A stretch of DNA of 64,000 bases from an uncultured Pseudomonadales bacterium (GCA_964556485.1 CAZKVV010000004.1:57618-121617), one strand, 5' to 3'. Shown: positions 1-8,799, counted from the stretch's first letter. Notes: a model not told the origin generated them from the letters alone. Numbers and translations: made by a program.

Positions 1-29
1 TTAGGCTCAACGGCTTTGATTTGGTGCAT
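1..29 (-). CDS. 5' end of a gene running off the window (MHQIKAVEP...), possibly leucyl-tRNA synthetase
   Basis: ATG at 29 with TATAAT just upstream; nine codons resemble the LeuRS/ValRS N-terminal (I/V)EPKWQ motif, too short to be sure. Confidence 0.3.
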
Positions 30-53
30 GGCGATATATTATACGCGGTCTTT

Positions 54-668
54 CTAAATCCGCACGCAGAAAGCGGCGGTAAATACTTGGTGTCCTTGCT
101 GAGAAAGGGGGGCTATGCAACTGTGCAGTGTTGACCCAGTTGTCACCACGTCATCAAGGAGTAACACTGTTGTTTCTGGGGAAATTTTGCTCTGGTGAAC
201 ATACCTAAATAAATCTGGATTGTTTTTTCTTGCTAGCTTTGACGTATTGGCTGCTTGATGTTCGGTATGTTGCTTTTTTGCAAGTAGCTCAACAAGAGGC
301 ACTTGCAACTGAGTTGCAACACACCCCGCTACTTTGCGCATATGGTCAAAGCCGCGCTCATGGATTCTTTGGCTATGTGATGGGACCCAGGTGACCACAT
401 CAACTTTGGGGAGATTGATGTGATTGTACATAAGCGTACCGATGAGTGATGACAGTGCCCAGTAACCACTATATTTATATCGATGCATCAAGTGTTGTGA
501 TGCGGGGTTAAAGCGGCACACGGCTTGGAGGGGCAAGTCGGGATAATAAATGGCAGGCTCTGTCCCCGTTAAAAAATCGATGTAGTCAAAGCATCGGTAA
601 CACAGCTGTGAGCCTATTTTGCCACACAGTACGCAACTGTGGGGGATAAGTATATCCAACAATGACAT
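54..668 (-). CDS. comF: ComF family protein (double zinc ribbon + phosphoribosyltransferase domain)
   Basis: CxxC...CxxC N-terminus, RGFDH motif, LLLDDVVTTGST PRT motif. Confidence 0.9.
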   Translation of the reverse strand: MSLLDILIPHSCVLCGKIGSQLCYRCFDYIDFLTGTEPAIYYPDLPLQAVCRFNPASQHLMHRYKYSGYWALSSLIGTLMYNHINLPKVDVVTWVPSHSQRIHERGFDHMRKVAGCVATQLQVPLVELLAKKQHTEHQAANTSKLARKNNPDLFRYVHQSKISPETTVLLLDDVVTTGSTLHSCIAPLSQQGHQVFTAAFCVRI

Positions 669-708
669 ACCAAAAGCCTACAACAGGTTTCTTACACCAA
701 CCGTAACC

Positions 709-2355
709 TTATGGAGTGTCTTGCAGAAGTGACTGAGCAGTTTTTCGTAGTGCAGCCACGGACTCATTACCTGGAACCAACGCTTCAAGCTGTTGTAGAT
801 ATGTTTCAGCTAAGTCTTGATTTTTTTGTTGAGCGTACAAGAGTATCAGCGGTTGGTAGGCATACATAAAGTGAGGATCGATTTCTAAAGCCGCGGTGTA
901 TTCGACTAAAGCTTCAGTAATTTGACCTTGGGCAACATATGCCTGTGCAAGGTTGTAGTGAGTTTGTGGGTAGGTGTCAGTGATGGAAAGCGATTTTTTA
1001 TACTCTTCAACAGCTTTTTGTGTTTGACCTTTATCTGCGTATGACATTGCAAGGTTGTTACGCAGCCTGGCAGTCTCTGAGTGTGAAAGTGTGTAGGAAT
1101 AAAATCGAATAGCATTTCCCCAAAGGTAGTTTTGTCGAAGGGTAAGTAGTACATATATTGAAAAAAGAATGGCGAGAATTGGGGTTTTCAATTTTAAAAT
1201 AATTATTGTGAGATTTTTTGGCAAAAGCTGAAACATACCATAGCAACAGATCAGTACTCCAACCAGCGGGGTGTATAACCAATGTTCATAAAACATGCCA
1301 TTTACTGGTAGTACTCCAGATACAGGACCAAGCAGGGCAAAAAACCAGTAGGTTCCGAACCAAATCCAGATTGCTTGTTTTTTTTGTAGCTCTTTTAAAC
1401 CAAGTAGAAAAAGTACCGCTATACCAACCGTCGAAGCTATGACTGCAGGATGAAGTGCGGTGGTAATGACAGAGATGGATCTTTCCATATGCAGTGGGAA
1501 TGGAACTAAGATGAGTTTTAGATACAGCCAGAGGCTTGCTGCAAAGGTGAAAATTCTCACCAATACGCTGTCTCCATATTCAGAACCCGCGTAGTAGTTA
1601 ATAAATGGACCTAGGTTAACAAAGTAGTGTCGCAGTAAAAAGTAGGCACCAACACTCAGAGCTATAAGTGAAATGGTGGCAAATTGATAACGGGTATTTT
1701 TTGACGTGGCTTTTGATTTGGTATGAATCTTCTGAAGCAGTAGTACAGCAGGGAAGAGCAGCAAACCACCCAGCGCAATTTCTTTTGCTAGGACTGCACA
1801 AATAAAGGTAGATACGGTTCCAAGCAGCAGCTGCCACTTTTGTACAGTGAAGCTAATGTTATACAAAGCGAGAGTACTTTTTTTAGTTCTTAGAAGTAGA
1901 GAAAACAGAAAAAGGCTGGTAAAAAGCCAAAAAGCATACTGTGAATCTCCACGTGAATTTGCATACACAACAGACTCGGTTTGGAGTGGATGAGCAATAA
2001 ATACTGCAGCGATAGTGAGCGCATATTTTTTACGAATGCCAATTTCAGTCAAAAACAGGAATAGCAAAACTGCAGCGAAAGCATGGAGTAGTGTATTGGT
2101 CAGGTGAAAGCCAATCGGGTTGTTCCCCCAAATTTGATAGTCGAACGCAAAACTAAGAGTGGTAAGCGGGCGGTAATATTGGCTTATCTCACCCGCGCCA
2201 GCAATGGTGTTTTGAGTAACGATATTTTTGACGTCAAAAGCTTTGACGTAGGTGTTGTTATAAATAAATTGTTCATCATCCCAGAAAAGATCATTATTGA
2301 ATGACGGCAGATAAAGAAAAAAAGCAAATCCGAGAAGTAACAAACAATAACGCAT
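709..2355 (-). CDS. TMTC-like GT-C membrane glycosyltransferase with C-terminal TPR repeats
   Basis: FWDD, YYRPLT, HPLQTESV, AKE, YEHWLY motifs, many TM helices, TPR (NNLAMSY, HYNLAQAY). Confidence 0.85.
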   Translation of the reverse strand: MRYCLLLLGFAFFLYLPSFNNDLFWDDEQFIYNNTYVKAFDVKNIVTQNTIAGAGEISQYYRPLTTLSFAFDYQIWGNNPIGFHLTNTLLHAFAAVLLFLFLTEIGIRKKYALTIAAVFIAHPLQTESVVYANSRGDSQYAFWLFTSLFLFSLLLRTKKSTLALYNISFTVQKWQLLLGTVSTFICAVLAKEIALGGLLLFPAVLLLQKIHTKSKATSKNTRYQFATISLIALSVGAYFLLRHYFVNLGPFINYYAGSEYGDSVLVRIFTFAASLWLYLKLILVPFPLHMERSISVITTALHPAVIASTVGIAVLFLLGLKELQKKQAIWIWFGTYWFFALLGPVSGVLPVNGMFYEHWLYTPLVGVLICCYGMFQLLPKNLTIIILKLKTPILAILFSIYVLLTLRQNYLWGNAIRFYSYTLSHSETARLRNNLAMSYADKGQTQKAVEEYKKSLSITDTYPQTHYNLAQAYVAQGQITEALVEYTAALEIDPHFMYAYQPLILLYAQQKNQDLAETYLQQLEALVPGNESVAALRKTAQSLLQDTP

Positions 2356-2412
2356 GCTACTAGCATACCAGTTTGTTTGCCCAAAATTGAAATTGTATTG
2401 TGGTAAAAAAAA

Positions 2413-2442
2413 GAGCTACAAGTTTTTTTGAACTTGTAGCTC
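2413..2442 (-). terminator. Intrinsic terminator of cassette 1
   Basis: GAGCTACAAGTT/AACTTGTAGCTC stem followed by T-run on minus strand. Confidence 0.85.
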
Positions 2443-2448
2443 GAAATT

Positions 2449-2778
2449 TTATTCTGTTTTGTCAGTTGTATCCGTTTTTTTGGTCATTATTATGACCGAA
2501 AGTCGAATTATGTACATGACGTATATCATCAAGCACACAACTGCGACAAATACAAAATACAAACCAAATAAAACAAGCAAACCTCCAACTCCAAGGAGAT
2601 AATAGCAGTCCTTGATGTTTTGTTTTGCTTTCTCATTTCTGCTGTTGGGTGTGCTTTTAATTTCATTCACCCAGATGATTAAATCTACCACTCCTGTTAG
2701 CAGGAATGGAAAGCTGAAGAGTGTGAAAAAAAAGTGTAACGCTTCCATCCACTCTGGTCCAAAAAATAAAGGTATCAT
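2449..2778 (-). CDS. Small membrane protein, MIPLFFGPEW family copy 1 (109 aa)
   Basis: Start moved to ATG 2778 behind AAGGAG; matches paralog starts; two to three hydrophobic segments. Confidence 0.8.
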   Translation of the reverse strand: MIPLFFGPEWMEALHFFFTLFSFPFLLTGVVDLIIWVNEIKSTPNSRNEKAKQNIKDCYYLLGVGGLLVLFGLYFVFVAVVCLMIYVMYIIRLSVIIMTKKTDTTDKTE

Positions 2779-2821
2779 TTTTTTCGCTCCTTGCGATTTT
2801 TTGATGAGTTCGACTGACTGA

Positions 2822-2887
2822 CAGAGAATTATGCAAAACACTATCACAACCCTGCTTGAGGGTGGATACTGTTTAGCTTGTTCTCTG
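2822..2887 (-). ncRNA. Putative structured 5' leader hairpin, copy 1
   Basis: CAGAGAA/TTCTCTG, GCAAAACA/TGTTTAGC and CCCT/AGGG stems; conserved in copy 2 with a different loop. Confidence 0.55.
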
Positions 2888-2932
2888 CAAGAGATATTAA
2901 GGTGCGGTGTTTGTTGTCTTCCAAACCCAATA

Positions 2933-2961
2933 ATTATACCATAAAAGACCATATTTTGCAA
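2933..2961 (-). promoter_or_regulatory. sigma70 promoter of cassette 1
   Basis: TTGCAA-N17-TATAAT with extended TG. Confidence 0.8.
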
Positions 2962-3014
2962 GTTATAGGACTAAAAATTAATGCTTCGTGCGGTTGGTTG
3001 CGTTATAAAAAAAC

Positions 3015-3074
3015 GAGCTACAAGTTTTATGATGCTTAGGGGTTGAAAACCCATCAGCATGCTACTTGTAGCTC
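3015..3074 (-). terminator. Terminator of cassette 2 with enlarged loop
   Basis: Same 11-bp GAGCTACAAGT stem, 38-nt loop, T-run on minus strand. Confidence 0.7.
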
Positions 3075-3079
3075 TAATT

Positions 3080-3397
3080 TTATTCTGTCTTGTCAAAGTC
3101 GCTTTTGTCAGTCATTATGATGACCGACAATCTGATGATGTACGCAAAATAAATCGATGCGCACAAAAAACCTATAAAGATCACATAGATTCCAAACAGC
3201 GACATCAACATTCCAGCTACCATGTAGCCAAAAAATGTATTTATGTTTTCTTTCACCTCTTTACTGGGACGATGTTTATATTCATCTACCCATACTTTCA
3301 ATCCAACTAGTCCTACAATTAAGGGAACTAGTCCCGAAATTGTTATTCCATAGCTAACTGCATGCAACCATTCTGATCCAAAAATATAAGGAATCAT
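3080..3397 (-). CDS. Small membrane protein, copy 2 (105 aa, MIPYIFGSEW)
   Basis: GAGGAG SD; shares YIIRLSVIIMT..DKTE C-terminus with copy 1. Confidence 0.8.
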   Translation of the reverse strand: MIPYIFGSEWLHAVSYGITISGLVPLIVGLVGLKVWVDEYKHRPSKEVKENINTFFGYMVAGMLMSLFGIYVIFIGFLCASIYFAYIIRLSVIIMTDKSDFDKTE

Positions 3398-3439
3398 TTT
3401 TCACTCTCCTCGAGTTGATTTTTTGACTTACAAAATTGA

Positions 3440-3506
3440 CAGAGAATTGTGCTAAACACTATAACAATCCCTACATTAGGGTGGATACTGTTTAGCTTGT
3501 TCTCTG
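3440..3506 (-). ncRNA. Putative structured 5' leader hairpin, copy 2
   Basis: CAGAGAA/TTCTCTG, perfect GCTAAACA/TGTTTAGC, CCCT/AGGG stems. Confidence 0.55.
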
Positions 3507-3581
3507 CAAGAGATATTAAGGTGCGGTGTTGGGAAGTTCCAGTCTCTTTTCAGAGGTTCTAGTTGTGTTCCAAACCTGGTA

Positions 3582-3610
3582 ATTATACCATAAAAGACCA
3601 CATTTTGCAA
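3582..3610 (-). promoter_or_regulatory. sigma70 promoter of cassette 2
   Basis: TTGCAA-N17-TATAAT with extended TG. Confidence 0.8.
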
Positions 3611-3664
3611 GTTATAGGACTAAAATACATTCTTCATGCGGTTGGATCTGTTCTAGAAAAAAAA

Positions 3665-3694
3665 GAGCTACAAGTATCATAATACTTGTAGCTC
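3665..3694 (-). terminator. Intrinsic terminator of cassette 3
   Basis: GAGCTACAAGTAT/ATACTTGTAGCTC stem plus T-run on minus strand. Confidence 0.85.
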
Positions 3695-3714
3695 GAAATG
3701 TTACACTTTGCCAA

Positions 3715-3990
3715 TCAGGATCGTACCTTCTTCACTAGAAGGTATCCTAGAAAAAATAAGATAGCAATAGGAATTATATAGATTCCTAAAAAGCATATTG
3801 CCAGACCCAGACAAATGAAAAACAGACCTTCTGAAATATGCTTATTCGCCGCAAGACTGTCTGTTTTTAGTTTTGGTAGCCATACTAGCAGTCTCCCAAT
3901 ACCAAACACTCCAGCAACTATTAGTCCTATTGTAGAAATAAAATTGTGGAATGGCTCAAGCCATTCCGGTCCAAAAAATAATGGAATCAT
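3715..3990 (-). CDS. Small membrane protein, copy 3 (91 aa, MIPLFFGPEW)
   Basis: AAGGAG SD, same N-terminus as copy 1, hydrophobic segments. Confidence 0.8.
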   Translation of the reverse strand: MIPLFFGPEWLEPFHNFISTIGLIVAGVFGIGRLLVWLPKLKTDSLAANKHISEGLFFICLGLAICFLGIYIIPIAILFFLGYLLVKKVRS

Positions 3991-4092
3991 TTTTCACGCT
4001 CCTTTAATTTTTTTTGATTGACAGTGAATTAATGTGCTTTGTTTAGAAGTTACTATTTTGTAAAAGGGAGTAGTTGTCTTCCAAACATGCCG

Positions 4093-4121
4093 ATTGTACC
4101 ATGAAAGACCACTTTTTGTGA
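4093..4121 (-). promoter_or_regulatory. Diverged sigma70 promoter of cassette 3
   Basis: Aligns without gaps to the other two promoters; TCACAA-N17-TACAAT with extended TG. Confidence 0.6.
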
Positions 4122-4146
4122 GTTATAGGATTAAATAATAAAGTTG

Positions 4147-4219
4147 TGGTCGCTACAGGACTCGAACCTGTGACAACCGCAATGTGAATGCGGTGCTCTA
4201 CCAACTGAGCTAAGCGACC
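4147..4219 (-). tRNA. tRNA-Val(CAC)
   Basis: GGTCGCT acceptor, AGCTCAGTTGGTAGAGC D-arm, CCGCA-TTCACAT-TGCGG anticodon arm, GGTTCGAGTCC T-arm; CCA not encoded. Confidence 0.95.
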
Positions 4220-4220
4220 A

Positions 4221-5291
4221 TTAGAGGAGATTATACTCCTTCAATACCATTTCTACATCTGCAGCAGAGTTTGCAGTAAACAATTTTGCTCTCACTTCTT
4301 TTGCAGCATCAAAGCCCCTGCAGTACCAGCCCAAATGTTTACGCATTGGCATAAACGAGTATCTTTCCCAGTTGCCGTACGTTTGTTCAAACAGTTGGCT
4401 ATGTTCGACTGCGATCTGAAAGAGTGTAGGTGAATCACTTGGCTTAGTAGTACAAAAGATGAATGGATTGCCAAAACTTGCTCTTCCAATCAGTACACCG
4501 TCAAGTTGGTACATGTCGATTTTATTTTTAGCATCTTCTAAACTTGCAATGTCACCATTCCCCAGAAGTTTGATTTTTGAGTTTTTGACAACCTGTGCGG
4601 CGATCCCGATTTGATCCCAGCTTGCAAAACCAGAGTACTGTTGTTTGAGAGTTCTGCCATGGAGGGCAATTGCCGCAGGTTCAAGCTCAAGCAAAGTTGG
4701 TATCCATTCTTCAATAACTGGTTTGTCATATCCAATTCGAGTTTTAATTGAAACAGGTATGCTTTTTTCGGCCTGGTGTTCTGCAGGAAGCAACGCATGT
4801 CTTTTTTCAATTTCACGCACAATTTTGGGACTAATATCACTGCAGTCCTTTGTTCTTTTGCCATTTGCATAATCCTCAACGCCAGCTTTGACCGCGATAA
4901 CGATTTGGCATGCAAGATCGGGGTTTTTAATCAGCGCAGCACCCGCACCAGAGCTAGCAACTGTTTTGGCAGGACAGCCCATGTTGATATCGATGCCATC
5001 AAATCCGAGTTCACAGAGCAGCGTTGCCGCTTGTCTGAAGTACAGTGGTGTGGTGCCATAAATTTGGGCAATTATTTTTCGTTGTGACTCATCATATAAA
5101 AAGTCTGTGAGGAGTTTTTCTGCGCCATGGCACAGGCCTTCAACATTTGTAAATTCAGTATAGATCAGATCTGGATTGCCGTATTTTTTTTGAATATGTC
5201 TGTATGGATGATCTGTTACACCATCCATTGGAGAAAGTCCGATGATTGGAGCAGAAAATGATTGCCAGAGTTGTTGTTCACTTTTAGTCAC
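4221..5291 (-). CDS. dus: tRNA-dihydrouridine synthase (Dus family)
   Basis: LSPMDGVTD, DINMGCP, SIKTRIG, LHGRT, GNGDI, IGRASFGNP motifs. Confidence 0.95.
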   Translation of the reverse strand: MTKSEQQLWQSFSAPIIGLSPMDGVTDHPYRHIQKKYGNPDLIYTEFTNVEGLCHGAEKLLTDFLYDESQRKIIAQIYGTTPLYFRQAATLLCELGFDGIDINMGCPAKTVASSGAGAALIKNPDLACQIVIAVKAGVEDYANGKRTKDCSDISPKIVREIEKRHALLPAEHQAEKSIPVSIKTRIGYDKPVIEEWIPTLLELEPAAIALHGRTLKQQYSGFASWDQIGIAAQVVKNSKIKLLGNGDIASLEDAKNKIDMYQLDGVLIGRASFGNPFIFCTTKPSDSPTLFQIAVEHSQLFEQTYGNWERYSFMPMRKHLGWYCRGFDAAKEVRAKLFTANSAADVEMVLKEYNLL

Positions 5292-7024
5292 GAGGTATTA
5301 TACCCTGACAAGTAAACCCAGGTGTCATCTGTAATAGTTGCTCTTCTTTTTTCCAAAATGGTTTTAAACTGTTGAAGTATCGCGACCGCTTGAGATTGCG
5401 TAGTTTGTGCCATGGTGAGCATTCTGAGTAGTTCATAACGAGTAAAGGGAGAGGAGATGTATCCAAGTTGGTAGAGCGTTGTGACCTCACGGGTGAGTGT
5501 TGCAAATGAAATTATTTTCCGTATGTCAGAAGTGTTTGATTTTGAATAGGTAATTTCAAATAACTGTGGCTGAGTGCCAAACATGCCAGTCAAGTTTTCA
5601 ATCTGTACGCTTCCATCTTGAGTGTAGAAATAGACAGTAACGTTGTAGGGTGACAACGGTTGGCCACTCAACTCAAGGACGTATTCACCACTTTCTGGTT
5701 TTGCAAATTCGTATGTTACCACCTTTGGTTTTGGTTGTTTCGTTTCCAGACTTTGGAAGTCCTCAGTTTCAGTCACAAGTGGCAGCAGGTCATTTTGTTT
5801 TTTGAGTGTTATAGATGTGTCCGTATTTGTTGCAAAAAGCAGGTAGCTTAAATCGGTAAAACTGGGGGTGAAGGTTCTTAGTGAAAGTGGTGCGTCAAGA
5901 TGCTCGCTTAGTTTGGTGTAGGAATACCCTGGGTCATTAATATAAATGTCTGTTTGTTCATCAGTATTGCTTGACATGCCAGTTGCAACCACAAAATGAC
6001 TGGGAATGTGCACTATGGTAGGTTGCTGGGCATTGAGTTGCTCAGTGAGGGTAGTGGTGATGTTTTGCAGCACACGTTTGAACTCAAGTTTAGGGCTGCC
6101 AAACTGTTCACTCAGCTCGCGGCTGAGTCTGGTAGCAGCAAGCCAATTTACGTTTCCATCTGGAATATAGCCATCTGGTTGGGAGAGTAACCAGTTGTTG
6201 AATGTTGCTGGAGTGATGGGCGTGCCATCAGCAAAATGTGTCAGGCCGTAGTACTGAAAAAGCATGGTCAGTGAGGTAAGCGCACATCCCCATCGACCAA
6301 TGGTGGGTGGCTCCGTCAAGCTCCACGCGGTCGCTAAGTCATACTCATTCTCAGACCACTGTGGATCGGTCTGTTTAATGAGCGGTACTGCAAGATTTGA
6401 GGTGGTTTCTATGGTTTCAACCAGCACATTATCAATGGCAATTTTTGTTGGCACCACACTGCCTGTTCCAGCTTTAATACCGACTTTGCCATAGTTGTTG
6501 TTGAAGGTGGGGTCAATCTGAGTAAAAAAGTGTTGATCATTGATGCTCAGTGAAATGGTTGCTCCCTGAAGCGTGATTTCAATATGGTGCGTATTTCCAT
6601 TAGGAATGCTCACCCCATGCCGCACTGACCAAGGCACTGTACCGTTTTGTACTCTCACCAACTCAACGTTTCCTCCAGCAAAGTGCAGTTCATACCAATT
6701 ATTCAGGTTCTCAAAGTGAAAAGAAATGTTCTTATCAATCCCGGCTAAGCCGGTGAAGTCGAGAGAGTAGCGAATGTCTTGCCAGTTTTCATTCCAGTAG
6801 GCATCTTTTGGTATCAATTCAGTAACAGTAAATGGAGTAAGGACTTCGGCGACTGCTGTTCCATCTTGTATAGTCCAGTAGCTGCCATCATCTCTGGTTG
6901 CTTCCCACTTGGTGAAGTCTTGAGAAAAATCGTCAAAGAAAACAGTAGCTGCAACTGCTGGTCGAGTAGAACCGAGCAAAAGCATACCAATGAGCGAAAT
7001 GCTGGTAATCAGTTTGATAATCAG
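5288..7024 (-). CDS. Secreted protein: ConA/DUF1080-like beta-sandwich + C39-like cysteine peptidase domain + C-terminal Ig-like region; start uncertain (CTG 7024 or ATG 6985)
   Basis: Signal peptide ending PAVAA; FFDDF...W motif; KQTDPQW, GCALTS, HFVVATG, INDPG (Cys-His-Asp). Confidence 0.75.
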   Translation of the reverse strand: MIIKLITSISLIGMLLLGSTRPAVAATVFFDDFSQDFTKWEATRDDGSYWTIQDGTAVAEVLTPFTVTELIPKDAYWNENWQDIRYSLDFTGLAGIDKNISFHFENLNNWYELHFAGGNVELVRVQNGTVPWSVRHGVSIPNGNTHHIEITLQGATISLSINDQHFFTQIDPTFNNNYGKVGIKAGTGSVVPTKIAIDNVLVETIETTSNLAVPLIKQTDPQWSENEYDLATAWSLTEPPTIGRWGCALTSLTMLFQYYGLTHFADGTPITPATFNNWLLSQPDGYIPDGNVNWLAATRLSRELSEQFGSPKLEFKRVLQNITTTLTEQLNAQQPTIVHIPSHFVVATGMSSNTDEQTDIYINDPGYSYTKLSEHLDAPLSLRTFTPSFTDLSYLLFATNTDTSITLKKQNDLLPLVTETEDFQSLETKQPKPKVVTYEFAKPESGEYVLELSGQPLSPYNVTVYFYTQDGSVQIENLTGMFGTQPQLFEITYSKSNTSDIRKIISFATLTREVTTLYQLGYISSPFTRYELLRMLTMAQTTQSQAVAILQQFKTILEKRRATITDDTWVYLSGYNTS

Positions 7025-7060
7025 TTTTTGACTGCAACTGTAGTAAAATGCACTCGAGAT

Positions 7061-7792
7061 ATGAATACACTTGAATCGTTTTATAATCGTTATCACGCCA
7101 AAAATGCCTTCTTTTTTAAAACTATTGATGCTTCTAACTGCACCTACTTTTATATTCTGCAACTCTTACAACAAGCTGACGCACTCACTGGTGCAACAGT
7201 ACTCGATTTGGGCTGTGGAGTTGGCGCAGTTTCGTTTTTTATGGCTCAACATGGTGCAAAGGCCGTAATTGGTCTTGATGTATCAAGTAGAGCCATTGGT
7301 ATTGCCCAGGCGGCACAGCAACAAGTTCAGCAACCAAACTTGATCTTTAAGTGTGGCGAGCTGGTTACAAAGATGCATGGTTTTGACACCATTTTTTGTA
7401 GTGAAGTTATTGAACATGTGAAAGATGATGCCCATTTTTTAGATGTCATACACTCAAATTTGAAAGTGGGCGGCACACTCATTTTAACGACACCTTCAAA
7501 AGAAAATGTACTTTTTAAACTGGGATTTTATCGCTCTTTTGATTCAGAAGTTGGCCATTATCGACGCTACACTAAAGAATCATTGCAGCAATTACTCAAA
7601 GCACACGGTTTTGATGTCAAGAGTATTCGAGCTGTTGAAGGTCCATTGCGTAATATTCTCTACACCACAAAACTAGGTTTCCTGATTCGATTTATTAGAG
7701 GTCCTCTGGTCCCTGTATTTCATTTTTTTGACAGCATTTCTGCACAACTTTTTGGCGCCAGTGACATTCAAGTCATTGCAAAAAAAATATGA
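7061..7792 (+). CDS. Class I SAM-dependent methyltransferase
   Basis: VLDLGCGVG, SEVIEHV, GHYRRY; start reassigned to ATG 7061. Confidence 0.9.
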   Translation: MNTLESFYNRYHAKNAFFFKTIDASNCTYFYILQLLQQADALTGATVLDLGCGVGAVSFFMAQHGAKAVIGLDVSSRAIGIAQAAQQQVQQPNLIFKCGELVTKMHGFDTIFCSEVIEHVKDDAHFLDVIHSNLKVGGTLILTTPSKENVLFKLGFYRSFDSEVGHYRRYTKESLQQLLKAHGFDVKSIRAVEGPLRNILYTTKLGFLIRFIRGPLVPVFHFFDSISAQLFGASDIQVIAKKI

Positions 7793-8799
7793 ACATACTC
7801 CATGTGTGCAAACGCTTTGCACCAAGTATCGGTGGGGTTGAAACGCACGTTTTAGAGGTTGCGCGCGAGCAAGTTGCTCGAGGTTTCACGGTGACTGTTC
7901 TCACGCAAGCAACAGCTGCTTCACAAAAACAAACTGAAATCATTGATGGCATTACCGTCATACGGATTCCTGTTAAAACTGCTGAAGAAAAAAAAGCTGT
8001 GTGGAAGGCGATTGGCACACATAGCAACTTGTTTAAAGCAGCCAATGTTATTCAAGTACATGACGTATTTTGGTGGTTGTTGCCGTACTACTTACTAATT
8101 ATTGGTAAGTGTTACACCACTTTTCATGGGTGGGAAACAGAGTATCCAATTCCTATTTCAGCAAAGTTGCAGAGATATGTGTATGCCCATTTGTCAAAAA
8201 AAACGGTGCATATTGGCAGTTGGATTCAAAAGTACTATTGGGACAAACCATCAGTGGTGATGTATGGCGGAACAACTATCCCAAAAAAAGTGCCAGTACA
8301 TACCGGTAAACTAAAAAAAGCTGTCTTTTTAGGTAGACTTTCTCACGATAATGATATCGAGAACTATGTGTTTTTAGCTAACATTCTCAAAGAAGAATTT
8401 TCTGGATTTTCAATACAATGGATTGGTGATGGTGAGTGCAAAAAAATGTGTTCAGAAGTTGGTGTGGTAACTGGTTTTGTTTCAAATCCTACTGACTACA
8501 TTGCAAAAGCAGATGTTGTTTTTGCAGCTTCATATTTGTCAATTTTGCAAGCGCAAGCATATGGCAAACCAGTGGTGAGTCTCTACAGTAACCCTCTCAA
8601 GTATGAGTATTTGCAGTCACTTCCCACACGAGTGTCTTTGATTTGTAGAGATCAAGCGGTCGATGCCTATGCAGAGTTGTCAATTTTATTTGAATATCCA
8701 GAGCGTGTTTTGCAAATTAGTGAAACCGCAGCAAGACTCACTAAAGACTATAGTTGGCAAAAAATAGTAGATGTGTACCAATCACTATGGCAAAAGTAA
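7789..8799 (+). CDS. Glycosyltransferase family 4
   Basis: IGGVETHV, TFHG, FLGRL motifs; ATGA overlap with upstream gene. Confidence 0.85.
   Translation: MNILHVCKRFAPSIGGVETHVLEVAREQVARGFTVTVLTQATAASQKQTEIIDGITVIRIPVKTAEEKKAVWKAIGTHSNLFKAANVIQVHDVFWWLLPYYLLIIGKCYTTFHGWETEYPIPISAKLQRYVYAHLSKKTVHIGSWIQKYYWDKPSVVMYGGTTIPKKVPVHTGKLKKAVFLGRLSHDNDIENYVFLANILKEEFSGFSIQWIGDGECKKMCSEVGVVTGFVSNPTDYIAKADVVFAASYLSILQAQAYGKPVVSLYSNPLKYEYLQSLPTRVSLICRDQAVDAYAELSILFEYPERVLQISETAARLTKDYSWQKIVDVYQSLWQK

Larger units (their letters stand above)
2401..4140 (-). repeat. Three imperfect tandem repeat units (about 600, 650 and 490 bp), each promoter-leader-small ORF-terminator
   Basis: 53 bp identical at 2859-2911 and 3478-3530; GAGCTACAAGT...ACTTGTAGCTC hairpin three times; promoter block three times; paralogous ORFs. 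Confidence 0.9.

Noticed and set aside
303-319. TTGCAACTGAGTTGCAA, a fourth match to the operator palindrome
   Set aside because: Lies mid-comF and overlaps no evident promoter; not counted in the regulon, though a roadblock role cannot be excluded
2779-2961. N-terminal extension of the 170-aa ORF
   Set aside because: Covers the promoter and leader; paralogs and the SD place the start at 2778
2413-3694. GAGCTACAAGT repeats as a CRISPR array
   Set aside because: Spacing is about 600-650 bp with whole genes in between; they are terminator stems, and no cas genes are present
6779-7162. Long antisense overlap of the two divergent ORFs
   Set aside because: Artefact of longest-ORF starts; motifs support starts near 7024 and 7061
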